From a virus (Duplodnaviria; Caudoviricetes), in IMG/VR virus record IMGVR_UViG_3300020388_000009: DNA of 64,000 bases. One strand, given 5' to 3'. A program made the position numbers and the translations under genes. How positions within the stretch are numbered: position 1 is the first letter of the stretch; each line of letters starts with the position of its first letter. This document shows positions 21,548-31,041 of the stretch, piece after piece. The notes beneath the pieces are model-generated. The model worked only from the letters and a program-made list of their open reading frames with translations. It was not told the origin of the DNA and did not search any database.

Positions 21548-22767
21548 TAAAATAATTCCAATTGAGGTGTTCGTTCTTTTATTTTATTATCAACGTCTTG
21601 ATATAATAATTCTTCGCAATATTCTTTTTCATGCCATACATTGATCTCTTTATCATAGTCACGCGCTATAATATATCCTTCCATTTTTCTACCTAGGTCA
21701 GATGTTTCACTGATATCAAAATGTCTTCTAGGATTAGCAATTGCCGTTTCCAATGTATCTACTGCTGATTGTAAATCAAATGGTTTATACAATCTATCTT
21801 GATCGATAAATTCTGGGAAACTTCTAAAATCTGGGAACACTATATCAGCACCAAACATAGTCGATTCAATTACTGTCCATGATACATAATCTTGTAGTGA
21901 TGAATTAAACTGCACTCTACAAGTTGACAATTCTATATAATATTCTTCTTTAGTTAATCCAGATAACAATTTGAATCTAGGCTGTTCTTTTGCCATTTCA
22001 TTTAACGCATCCATAACACCGGGTAACATACTTCTAAATGATTTACCAGATGTAGTAACATGCCATTCATAATCTGGATTTTCATTTAGAAATTCTTCAG
22101 CTACACGCATCATGAAGAAAGGATTCTTTTCTTTATCTAATCGAGATGAATATACAATTACATTTTTCTTTTCTACTTCATCGCCATTAGCTGTATACCA
22201 ATCCTTTAGTACGCCACATGCTTGTTTTAAATGTATTGGCAATGATACAACATGTATAGGAGCTTCAAATCCTGCTTCACGAAGTTGTTCTTTATGAACC
22301 GTACTTCCAACAAATATACCAGTTAATCGTTTATCTAATCCTAATTCATAAGGTCGCATCCAATCACGCATTGGATAAGTGAAATCATATTCATCAACTG
22401 ATTGTGCATGACACATTGTATATACTTTTATATCTTTATAGCCATACAGGTCTAATGCATACCATATGGCTTCGACTCCTGGTGTCCAATAGTCTTGCAA
22501 GAATATTATATCACCGTCTTGTACTTTATCGTTATACAGTAGATTTAAGAAGTTTTGGCATTGAGATAAACTGTATTTACCTCTACCAATTGCATCTAAT
22601 ACCGCGCCAACTTTGATTTCACAATCTGGGTCAAAGTCTCCTTCAATATCTACAAAGTTAAGATCAGGATATTCTGCAAATGTTTTTGGCATCCATTCTT
22701 TACATAACTGATATGTATATCTAGCCTTTAAAGGTTCAAGGCCAAAATAAAATAAATTTCTTTTCAT
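21547..22767 (-). CDS. GT-B-fold glycosyltransferase coupled to dpdA
   Basis: SSRLDKEKNP, LQDYVSWTVIES (EX7E-like), FPDFRSFPE; TAATG overlap with dpdA. Start MKRNLF at 22767. Confidence 0.8.
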   Translation of the reverse strand: MKRNLFYFGLEPLKARYTYQLCKEWMPKTFAEYPDLNFVDIEGDFDPDCEIKVGAVLDAIGRGKYSLSQCQNFLNLLYNDKVQDGDIIFLQDYWTPGVEAIWYALDLYGYKDIKVYTMCHAQSVDEYDFTYPMRDWMRPYELGLDKRLTGIFVGSTVHKEQLREAGFEAPIHVVSLPIHLKQACGVLKDWYTANGDEVEKKNVIVYSSRLDKEKNPFFMMRVAEEFLNENPDYEWHVTTSGKSFRSMLPGVMDALNEMAKEQPRFKLLSGLTKEEYYIELSTCRVQFNSSLQDYVSWTVIESTMFGADIVFPDFRSFPEFIDQDRLYKPFDLQSAVDTLETAIANPRRHFDISETSDLGRKMEGYIIARDYDKEINVWHEKEYCEELLYQDVDNKIKERTPQLELF

Positions 22768-22768
22768 A

Positions 22769-23188
22769 TTACTCTTCTGTTCTATCAAATTTATAATCAT
22801 CTGGATTAATTTCCATCATATTGCATTTTGTAATCTGATGCACTCTATACCATCCAGCATCAATTGATAATGTATCTGTATTCTTTAATTTGGCAACAAA
22901 TTCATCTTGTATTCTATATATAACATGTGCTCTATTAAAGATAGACATTGGAATCTTAGCCATAGTTTTTGAATTGGCTTCAACAGTTACATATTGCCGC
23001 GTCTCTAAAATATTATGAATATCATCCCAATTACCATGGGTACAACACATTTCAATATATTCAATTGTAAAATATACATGAGGATATTCTTTATAATTTT
23101 TAGGTAATTGACCTCTAACAAAAACCGTTTCGATATCAGACAATCTGCCTTCTACCTCTTTACCATACCAGTAACTTTTTCCGTACAT
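22769..23188 (-). CDS. Hypothetical protein, first gene of the GT-dpdA cassette
   Basis: 139 aa (WYGKEVEG...ETVFVRG...HVYF); follows a promoter; 1 nt from the GT start. Confidence 0.75.
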   Translation of the reverse strand: MYGKSYWYGKEVEGRLSDIETVFVRGQLPKNYKEYPHVYFTIEYIEMCCTHGNWDDIHNILETRQYVTVEANSKTMAKIPMSIFNRAHVIYRIQDEFVAKLKNTDTLSIDAGWYRVHQITKCNMMEINPDDYKFDRTEE

Positions 23189-23207
23189 ATCTTTTTTATT
23201 TTTATTT

Positions 23208-23236
23208 AATATAAGAAATCTTTTTTAGATAACCAA
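23208..23236 (-). promoter_or_regulatory. Sigma70-like promoter TTGGTT-N17-TATATT for the unknown-GT-dpdA-clamp-dut-loader unit
   Basis: Match to the repeated motif. Confidence 0.75.
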
Positions 23237-23237
23237 A

Positions 23238-25715
23238 TTAAAATGAGAAAAACTTTCCTAAATTATTATTTTCTGGAATCAATCCCCAATTCATAGCACT
23301 ATAAAAATCATTTAACTTATTTGCAAACGCCGATTTAAATACTTTGTCATAATCTATATGACCTTGTACAAAATCTGCCAATGGTTTAGGATCATCATAA
23401 CCTTTTAATGCCATTGTATCTAATCCCATAGGATTGTTTTTAAGATATGTCCACTTAATTTTTTCTCCATTTATAATACCACGTATAGTTTTAACTTTAT
23501 GATGTTTCAACATATCATTATAATTTAATGCAGACTTCACATGGACCGGAGTTCCTTTCATACGTACTGCAAATGGTTTATCGCCCTTACGTATATACTT
23601 TTTAATATTTTTAACTCCTATAGGAAACATAACATCTATCAATTCCAACGTCTTCATATGTTCTTTAAAGTCTAATATTTTTTGATCTAATGCAGGCTTA
23701 TCAATATCATTCAACATATCTTCTAATACCTCAGCCATAAACTTTCTAAATGAAGGCGGAAATGATGATCGCACCACATCTAAGCCTTTGACATCTAGTT
23801 TTGATACTGTATGGCCTTCAACATTAATTATCCATTGAGCGTATCGTTTTTTGGCTATCCATAGACCTGCCTTTGCAACATTCTCTTTCTTGATATCAAA
23901 ACGATGTTTATCAACATTATGAAATTTCTTACCATATATATCATATGATTTATTCATAAAGCTTTGAACCTCATCTGCAATTTCAATAGTTTTATCAGAC
24001 ATCCATTTTTCATCAGTAATATCATAACCCGGATACCGTTTTTCTATTAATGGTAATGATGAAAAGAATACAGAATCTGTATCAATGTATATATTATAAT
24101 CTTTCTTTTTGCCTAACTCTTTAAAATAAAACTGGTTGCCTATATCAGCTGTGAACTTAATTAATTGCTGCCCAGTACTTGTAATTGCAATTGCATTATC
24201 TGGATCGAAGAATCGGAAACTAGGGTTACCTAATACTCCATAGAATGAATTCAAAAGAATTTTAGTTACCAACTGCATTCTATCAAAATATTCTGCCTTA
24301 GCATCATCTCCTTCCTTTTCATACTTCTTACGAAGATTTTTATATTCAACACGTTCATTGAACCATTTATCTAGTATAGATGGTAAAAATCCTTTTATCT
24401 GCGTATCATATACAACTCCATTAGCTGCTACAGAATATTTATTTGATTCCAAATAATTTCTTAGATCTTGAGATGTTTCCCAACCATTCCAGCCATCCGA
24501 ATAATGAGTACCAGTATTCTTAACGTAACCTTTAGGATCAAATTTTTCTAACTTAGTTACTTTGGTTTCTGGTGATATGTTAAGTGTCATGATGATACTA
24601 GGATATAGTGATGTTAAATCAAGGTCATATACCCATTTATAACGACCTGCATTTGGTGGTTTAACATATGCCCCTAATAAATTTAATTCTTCATTAGATC
24701 TAGGAGGACGGCTAGGTGATACAATATTCATACGTTTCATATATGTCAATGCCGCACCATCTAAGTATCTAGTTGGAAATAAGAAGTCTTCGTAAGGAAC
24801 ATGCCCTTTATGACATATACCACGAGCCAAATCAATCAGCTTCATTTTTTGATCAATTTCCCAAACCAAATCCACATCATTCATGTTATAATCAATGTAA
24901 CCTTGAATATCATTACGCATAAGATCATCTAAAGTACCTTCATACTTCATTTTACCTTTACCTAATTCTTTTTGAGATATAGCTTCTAATGAATAACTAG
25001 ATTCTTGAGAATATGTAAAGTTCTTATACAATGCCATATAATCTAAACATGATACTCCAGATATACGGTATCTATTTCTATGCTTTAGCCAAATAACGTC
25101 TTTGATAGGAGATAATGATCTTGCTTGTTCTTCACCTAATATCTGAACCATACGATTATAAAGATAAGGAATATCAAAGAAATCAATGTTCCATCCAGTT
25201 ATAATAGTAGGTTGTATTTCATAATATTTGTATAAGAATTTTTGTAATAAAGTATGTTCATTGCTACATGATACTACTTCATACCCAGGCTTAGATACAT
25301 TTTCAACTACCTGATCTTTATCCAATATCCATACATACCTTTGGTCACCAGCTTCATCATATATTGCAATTGAAGTTACTTCATTCTGAGCCTCTTCTGG
25401 AGTTGGAAATCCATTTGCAATATCTACCTCAATATCAATGAACAATGTTCTATGACCTACTGATGATTCATCTGAATCTGTATACGTATCAATTAAAGTG
25501 CGCATTTCCGGATTGATATCAGCCTCATATAATCCAGTTTCTTCGCGATCCGGATTATCAACGCGTTGCACAGTTTGCCCATCTAACGCAACCATATTTC
25601 CATATGTAGCTTTACGATATGCATATGGTTTATAATTAATAGTGAAATGACCTTTCTTATCATCCCAAATATGTACCTTATTAGTACGTTTATGATATGC
25701 TACTGCTTGATACAT
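23238..25715 (-). CDS. polB: DNA polymerase family B with 3'-5' exonuclease
   Basis: DIEVD, GWNIDFFD, YNMND, DLTSLYPS, KILLNSFYG, YIDTDS, KKRY, KGLD. Confidence 0.97.
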   Translation of the reverse strand: MYQAVAYHKRTNKVHIWDDKKGHFTINYKPYAYRKATYGNMVALDGQTVQRVDNPDREETGLYEADINPEMRTLIDTYTDSDESSVGHRTLFIDIEVDIANGFPTPEEAQNEVTSIAIYDEAGDQRYVWILDKDQVVENVSKPGYEVVSCSNEHTLLQKFLYKYYEIQPTIITGWNIDFFDIPYLYNRMVQILGEEQARSLSPIKDVIWLKHRNRYRISGVSCLDYMALYKNFTYSQESSYSLEAISQKELGKGKMKYEGTLDDLMRNDIQGYIDYNMNDVDLVWEIDQKMKLIDLARGICHKGHVPYEDFLFPTRYLDGAALTYMKRMNIVSPSRPPRSNEELNLLGAYVKPPNAGRYKWVYDLDLTSLYPSIIMTLNISPETKVTKLEKFDPKGYVKNTGTHYSDGWNGWETSQDLRNYLESNKYSVAANGVVYDTQIKGFLPSILDKWFNERVEYKNLRKKYEKEGDDAKAEYFDRMQLVTKILLNSFYGVLGNPSFRFFDPDNAIAITSTGQQLIKFTADIGNQFYFKELGKKKDYNIYIDTDSVFFSSLPLIEKRYPGYDITDEKWMSDKTIEIADEVQSFMNKSYDIYGKKFHNVDKHRFDIKKENVAKAGLWIAKKRYAQWIINVEGHTVSKLDVKGLDVVRSSFPPSFRKFMAEVLEDMLNDIDKPALDQKILDFKEHMKTLELIDVMFPIGVKNIKKYIRKGDKPFAVRMKGTPVHVKSALNYNDMLKHHKVKTIRGIINGEKIKWTYLKNNPMGLDTMALKGYDDPKPLADFVQGHIDYDKVFKSAFANKLNDFYSAMNWGLIPENNNLGKFFSF

Positions 25716-26221
25716 TAATTAATCTTATATATATTTCTATAATTTCTTTTCAACGAATTATCATCTAATCCGTACCCTACTACCCATTCTTTATCAATTT
25801 CAAAACAAAAATGATCTACTGGTGGGCTATCTTCTTTACGTTTGAGTAATGTAACTACCTTTACCTCATCAGGTGTCATATCATCGACACGTCTTAATAT
25901 TTCTGCCATAGTTGCGCCGGTATCTACAATGTCATCGATAATATAAACACGTTTACCTTTACAATGAATTTCTAAATCTTTAGTGATATTAACTCCTCCA
26001 GAATTATCTTGACCTTCATATGATTTAGCTCGAATAAAATCCATTTGCACATCAATACCCATATCTTTCATTAGGTCTGCAAAAAATGCATAACCGCCAT
26101 TTAGTACACATATCATTACAGGTGGATATGAATTTCCAGAAGCTTTATGTTCTTCCGATATTGCATGTGCTAAAGCACGAACACGACGTTCTATTTTATA
26201 TTCTGGTATTAGAATTTCCAT
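25715..26221 (-). CDS. hpt: Hypoxanthine/guanine phosphoribosyltransferase-like protein
   Basis: VLNGG..FFADL, IIDDIVDTGAT PRPP loop, VVGYGLD. Confidence 0.9.
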   Translation of the reverse strand: MEILIPEYKIERRVRALAHAISEEHKASGNSYPPVMICVLNGGYAFFADLMKDMGIDVQMDFIRAKSYEGQDNSGGVNITKDLEIHCKGKRVYIIDDIVDTGATMAEILRRVDDMTPDEVKVVTLLKRKEDSPPVDHFCFEIDKEWVVGYGLDDNSLKRNYRNIYKIN

Positions 26222-26880
26222 TAATATCCTTTTATAAATTCATAATACTCTGCTCTTGTAGAAGGATCATTTTTAAATGCACCAGTTAACTTACTAGTCT
26301 TCATACTTGCACCGCCATGTTTAACACCTCTACATTGTACACAATTATGAGATGCATCAATCATTACTGCTACACCTGCATTATCTTCGATAATAGTATT
26401 CACTGCATGATGAATTGCAACTGTCAATTGTTCTTGTATAGCACCTCTTCTACCAAAATGTTCTACCAATCTATTTAATTTAGATAAACCAATCACATGA
26501 CTATCTTTACCAGGAATATATGCAACATGTACTATACCCATAATAGTTTGATGATGATGAGAACACATCGAAGTTAATGGAATGCCACCTTCAAATACCA
26601 TACCATCATATCCATCACTTGGAAATGTTGTTATTGCAGGAGGAGCTTCATATCTTCCTGCCCATAAATCATTTACATATGCTTTTGCAACTCTATAAGG
26701 AGTTTTATCTGAATTAGGATCTTCTCTCCAATTCACTTTCAATGCATCTAAAAATTGTCCAAATGCTAATTCAGCATCGGCAATCATTGCTTGTTTTTCA
26801 CTCTCTGTTAAAGGACGTCCTTCAGCTGCTCCATTTGCATATCCGGCCTTTACTAGTTCTATATTTATCGAGTTTTTCAT
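26221..26880 (-). CDS. folE: GTP cyclohydrolase I
   Basis: TPYRVAK, SMCSHH, GLSKLNR, QEQLT, HNCVQCRG. Confidence 0.96.
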   Translation of the reverse strand: MKNSINIELVKAGYANGAAEGRPLTESEKQAMIADAELAFGQFLDALKVNWREDPNSDKTPYRVAKAYVNDLWAGRYEAPPAITTFPSDGYDGMVFEGGIPLTSMCSHHHQTIMGIVHVAYIPGKDSHVIGLSKLNRLVEHFGRRGAIQEQLTVAIHHAVNTIIEDNAGVAVMIDASHNCVQCRGVKHGGASMKTSKLTGAFKNDPSTRAEYYEFIKGY

Positions 26881-26881
26881 T

Positions 26882-27184
26882 CTAAACCTTTTCTGTTGAT
26901 ACCATTACTATTTCTGATTCTCTGAGAAGTACATATGTATCTTCTTCTAATTTAATCTGATTATGCTGTTTAGCAGATTGATTAGTTACCATAACCGTAT
27001 CACCTACTTTTACCGTTACTGGAATACGATCACCCGTCTGCGTAAATAATCCAGGTCCGGCAGCAACTACATCTGCTTGAACATGATTTGTAGTATTACT
27101 AGTTAAAATAATACCACCTTTGGTCGTTTCTTGACCTTCATGAGTTTTTAGGAGTACAAAATCTCCCATTGGTTTCATTTTCAT
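26882..27184 (-). CDS. groES: Co-chaperonin GroES
   Basis: KPMGDFVLL, TKGGIIL, VVAAGPG, VKVGD, LLRESEI. Confidence 0.93.
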   Translation of the reverse strand: MKMKPMGDFVLLKTHEGQETTKGGIILTSNTTNHVQADVVAAGPGLFTQTGDRIPVTVKVGDTVMVTNQSAKQHNQIKLEEDTYVLLRESEIVMVSTEKV

Positions 27185-27195
27185 ATAACTTTCCT

Positions 27196-27969
27196 TTAAA
27201 CTGCTCGTTCTGTATCAAATGCAATGATATGATCTCTACCTGTCATGTTATAACCATGTTCGGCACATAATTCAAACACCATTGGATACATTTTAATTAA
27301 TTGTTCTCGCGTATCACCCGCCGGCATAATATATGTTTTATTTTTAGGTATTCCTAATTCAACTCTATATGATTCTATTTCATGTAAATTTTCTTGAGTA
27401 CCATCCCATACTGGTTTATAATGGTAATCTGAATGAAAACTAATCATTTGGTTAATGGCATCCGTATTCATTCGTCGTTTATTGTGAATATCGATAAATC
27501 GTTGGTCAACAACCGTACCACCAGGAGTAACAGCCCCAATAACAGGAACGGAATTACTAAACTTAGGACTAAGGCTAATAAGATCAATAGGATAATCGGT
27601 TTCAACAAAATGTGATCCTTCAGTTTCAATAGTAATAATAATACCTCTTTCATGTGCAAAATGTGTTAATTCATTTACCAATGCAGGCTGCATTGTAGGA
27701 GATCCGCCGGTTAGCATCATTTCTTTTATATGTGGATTCTCATCATATATTTTAATTATATCATTAAAAGAATATTTACCTTTTTCTGGATGTATTGAAG
27801 AATACCAGGAATCACACCAACCTCCTTCTCCAAAATAACATCTATGAGTACAACCTGTAGTTCTGATTGCTATCGTTGGTCTACCAAATCTACTACCTTC
27901 TGATTGTACACATCTATATAATTCGTTGATAGGGAGTACCTTATCATAATTTTTTATTCGTTTATTCAT
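27196..27969 (-). CDS. queE: 7-carboxy-7-deazaguanine synthase (radical SAM)
   Basis: VQSEG, RTTGCTHRC-x7-CDS, LTGGSP, IETEG, SLSPK. Confidence 0.9.
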   Translation of the reverse strand: MNKRIKNYDKVLPINELYRCVQSEGSRFGRPTIAIRTTGCTHRCYFGEGGWCDSWYSSIHPEKGKYSFNDIIKIYDENPHIKEMMLTGGSPTMQPALVNELTHFAHERGIIITIETEGSHFVETDYPIDLISLSPKFSNSVPVIGAVTPGGTVVDQRFIDIHNKRRMNTDAINQMISFHSDYHYKPVWDGTQENLHEIESYRVELGIPKNKTYIMPAGDTREQLIKMYPMVFELCAEHGYNMTGRDHIIAFDTERAV

Positions 27970-27972
27970 AAC

Positions 27973-28461
27973 TTATTCCATGTATATTGATGAATTTCTA
28001 TCAGCTTCCCAACATTCTACTTTTACTACCTTTACTCTACCACCACCTGTTAATGCCATTCGTTCGTTAAATTTATCGTAAACTAATTTAGCACAAGATT
28101 CAGCTCCCATTTTATCCATAACTCGTAAAGATAATGTACCTAATTCTTCCATCATTTGAAACGATTCTAGTTGAGGATCATCTTTCTCTATTAAACATGT
28201 ATGATCCCACATATAGTTCATCCAATCTTTTAATCCATTACCAGGAGTTGGCTCTGCATCTGTTGATTTGAATCCACCATAATCCATAATCCAATTCATT
28301 TCATCTAATTGGTTTTCTTCTAGCGGCTCATGTGATTCAAACCATACTTTAAATTTTAAAGCATATCCATGTAATAATTCGCAATGTGAATGAGCAGCTT
28401 TATGTTGTCGCAATGCTACCGAATAATTATCGAATACTTTAGTTGATTGATACTTTCCCAT
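27973..28461 (-). CDS. queD: 6-carboxy-5,6,7,8-tetrahydropterin synthase (QueD/PTPS)
   Basis: HCELLHGY, WIMDYG, WDH, AE, VECWE..NS. Start MGKYQ at 28461. Confidence 0.88.
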   Translation of the reverse strand: MGKYQSTKVFDNYSVALRQHKAAHSHCELLHGYALKFKVWFESHEPLEENQLDEMNWIMDYGGFKSTDAEPTPGNGLKDWMNYMWDHTCLIEKDDPQLESFQMMEELGTLSLRVMDKMGAESCAKLVYDKFNERMALTGGGRVKVVKVECWEADRNSSIYME

Positions 28462-28462
28462 A

Positions 28463-28759
28463 CTATTCCTTTGAATATGTCCATGCCATCCAATACTTTT
28501 TACCATGTAATAGATGAGATGCTGTTTTAGCAATATGACCTGCAAAATCAGCCATATAATTTAATAATTCCGCTTCACTTGTAAACATAGTAAAGTTATC
28601 TGCATATGGATAATAATCTGCAAATGTAATACCGCTAAACTTTACCGATCGATCATTAACTGTTTCAAATGCCATTGTTCGTAAATACTCTTGATCGTAG
28701 TGAGCCAATTTACGAAAATCAAACGTCATTTCAACGTCTTTAAATTTAAAATTTTCCAT
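28463..28759 (-). CDS. Hypothetical protein (98 aa)
   Basis: Tightly packed between the 60-aa ORF and queD. Confidence 0.65.
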   Translation of the reverse strand: MENFKFKDVEMTFDFRKLAHYDQEYLRTMAFETVNDRSVKFSGITFADYYPYADNFTMFTSEAELLNYMADFAGHIAKTASHLLHGKKYWMAWTYSKE

Positions 28760-28763
28760 GTAA

Positions 28764-28946
28764 CTAATTGTTTTTTAAATATTCTTCTTTTGCAACTAAC
28801 TCGCCGGCAGCATGGTCATATACCATTCCATCAATAATTGATAATTCATTTAATGTTAAATCAATTTGATAATTACATTCGGTATCTGTAATTAAACCAT
28901 TTGCATAACCGTTAATTAATTCTAGTACTTGATTTTCTTTTGACAT
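28764..28946 (-). CDS. Hypothetical protein (60 aa)
   Basis: First ORF after the promoter at 28969-29000. Confidence 0.6.
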   Translation of the reverse strand: MSKENQVLELINGYANGLITDTECNYQIDLTLNELSIIDGMVYDHAAGELVAKEEYLKNN

Positions 28947-28968
28947 ATCTCTTACTTTTATAATTTAT

Positions 28969-29000
28969 ATAAATATAAGAAATATATTTGACTCTACCAA
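28969..29000 (-). promoter_or_regulatory. Sigma70-like promoter TTGGTA-N17-TATATT overlapped by ATATTTAT; heads the queD..polB unit
   Basis: -35 at 28995-29000, -10 at 28972-28977, late motif at 28969-28976. Confidence 0.75.
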
Positions 29001-29055
29001 ATCTTTTTATAGCTTTTTCCAGATAAATTCTCTATAATACAAGTCTCGAATCCAA

Positions 29056-30912
29056 TCATGTGATTTCACAACTCCCTCCAGCACATGCCAATTCACCTTT
29101 CAAATCAGTTTCATCTTCTGTTTCAATTATTTCTGTTAAATCTATAGATGTTAATGATCCCATGAGACGCTCATATTCTTCTTTGGTGATATCTTCAAAT
29201 GGTGCCTGAGTATATGTTCCTCCATTATATGGTAATACTGATAATCCATTATATGATTCTTTATTGTCCCACATCCATTCTCCGGCTGCATCCCATTCAT
29301 GATCTCGTAACGATATTGTAGCTGATACATTATGAGTATTATTACCAGATCTATGGCCAGGTTTGATCCATTCCTGTGCTACCTTTTTAACTCTTTCTAG
29401 TAATTGGAACGGGGATTCAGTTCTCATAATAGCACCATCTGGAGATTTTTGTGGTACAGAAATAACTGCGGTATCATGAGGTCTAAAGTATTCATCCTCT
29501 ACCAATTCTGGGTGATGTTCCATTAAATGTTTATAAATAGATTCATTTTTACCAACTCGTATTCTTCTGATATAATAATCGTTATGCCATGCATGAATAC
29601 CTGATGATGTTCCTAATGTTAACGAAGTTGTTCCAGCCGGTTTAACGGTAGTTGTTCTAGCCGATTTGTTTATTCCAATTAACTCAGCCACTCTTGCATT
29701 TTCTGTTTTTACAATTTTAGCGGCGGATTTCATATCATATCCTAATACTGTACCAGAACCTATACCAGTCATTGATACGCCAATCAATGCATCTTTTTCG
29801 GTTGTTCTTTGCCATACTGGTCTTAAATAATGAAAATCTGTATATCCGGCTTGGAGTGTTCCAATAAACGACGCTACTTTTACTCGAGCTTCAAAATCTT
29901 CTTGCGATTCAATATTGGATACATTTACTTCACATAAGTTACAAAATTGATATGGTCTTAATGCAATTTCACAACATGGGTTAGTTCCCCAATCTTTGTC
30001 ATTTGATAGATATATTCCAGGTTCACCTGCACCAGATAATTCAACACGTTTCCATAAATCTGTAAAGAACTCTTTGGTAATTTTATGACGCATTAAAACT
30101 GCGGAATTATTAGCTCTACCTCTTTGAGGATTCAATTCCCACCAATTACCTGACTTACATGCAATCATTTCTTCGTCATGAGCACTAAACAAGCTAATCA
30201 GAGCCGCTCTACGAATTCCGCCGGCTAATACAGCATCTGCTATATGACATACCACATCATGTGTTTCCAATGTTGATAATTTATCACCATCTGCTTTTTC
30301 TTTCAATAATCCTTCTATCTTAACTAAACATTCTTTAAGAGGTTGAGGTCCTGGAGCTTTACCACCCGAAGTTACCAATCTCGCACCTTTAGGTCGTATA
30401 TCAGAATAATCAAATTTTAAATGAGAACCGCCTGTAAAATAATTTTTCATTAATGCCTTTACTGCATCAGCCCAACCTTCAATTGAATCTGCGATTAGAA
30501 ATCTTCGAGTTCTTTTATAATTAGGTTTTCTAATTTCAGGTAATTCATCTACATGGTGTTTTTGAACCGAATATCCTACGCCTGTACCTCCTAATAACAG
30601 AAACATTGCTTCAGAAAATGCTCTCCAATCATCGATAGGAACATATGCACAATTGTAAACTCTATTTGGAGATATTTCAATAGGCTTACCTGCAAATTGC
30701 ATTGACCTCATCGATGGTAATACCTTTTTATCATATACCATTTCATACGCATCATTAATTTCTTTAGCCAATTTTGGATATTTTTTAAGATGCATTGATT
30801 TATTTCTTGTAACTAGTTCTTCCCAGGTTTCTCGTCGTTCTAGTTCTGGTATATACTTTGCATATTTCATATACACTGTAATATCTGATAAAATTTGATT
30901 TGATATTTCCAT
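29056..30912 (-). CDS. nrdJ: Class II (adenosylcobalamin-dependent) ribonucleotide reductase
   Basis: LPSMRS, VYNCAY, GTGVGYS, TNPCCEI, CNL, VKPAGT, C-terminal CAGGSC; no beta subunit nearby. Confidence 0.9.
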   Translation of the reverse strand: MEISNQILSDITVYMKYAKYIPELERRETWEELVTRNKSMHLKKYPKLAKEINDAYEMVYDKKVLPSMRSMQFAGKPIEISPNRVYNCAYVPIDDWRAFSEAMFLLLGGTGVGYSVQKHHVDELPEIRKPNYKRTRRFLIADSIEGWADAVKALMKNYFTGGSHLKFDYSDIRPKGARLVTSGGKAPGPQPLKECLVKIEGLLKEKADGDKLSTLETHDVVCHIADAVLAGGIRRAALISLFSAHDEEMIACKSGNWWELNPQRGRANNSAVLMRHKITKEFFTDLWKRVELSGAGEPGIYLSNDKDWGTNPCCEIALRPYQFCNLCEVNVSNIESQEDFEARVKVASFIGTLQAGYTDFHYLRPVWQRTTEKDALIGVSMTGIGSGTVLGYDMKSAAKIVKTENARVAELIGINKSARTTTVKPAGTTSLTLGTSSGIHAWHNDYYIRRIRVGKNESIYKHLMEHHPELVEDEYFRPHDTAVISVPQKSPDGAIMRTESPFQLLERVKKVAQEWIKPGHRSGNNTHNVSATISLRDHEWDAAGEWMWDNKESYNGLSVLPYNGGTYTQAPFEDITKEEYERLMGSLTSIDLTEIIETEDETDLKGELACAGGSCEIT

Positions 30913-30984
30913 TTTTTCCTTAAAATTATTTAGTTTAGCGTAAAAATGTAGTCTTTACGGACTACTTATTCTACGATTTCTCTT

Positions 30985-30992
30985 ATAAATAT
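30985..30992 (-). promoter_or_regulatory. Late-type motif ATATTTAT upstream of nrdJ
   Basis: Intergenic copy of the 8-mer. Confidence 0.5.
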
Positions 30993-31041
30993 ACCAGTCA
31001 GCTCAATTGCGTACCGGTTTTTGACTACTTTTTTTAAACTT

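Noticed and set aside
30913-31041. Cobalamin riboswitch upstream of B12-dependent nrdJ
   Set aside because: The gap is only about 130 nt, AT-rich, and has no recognisable B12 box.
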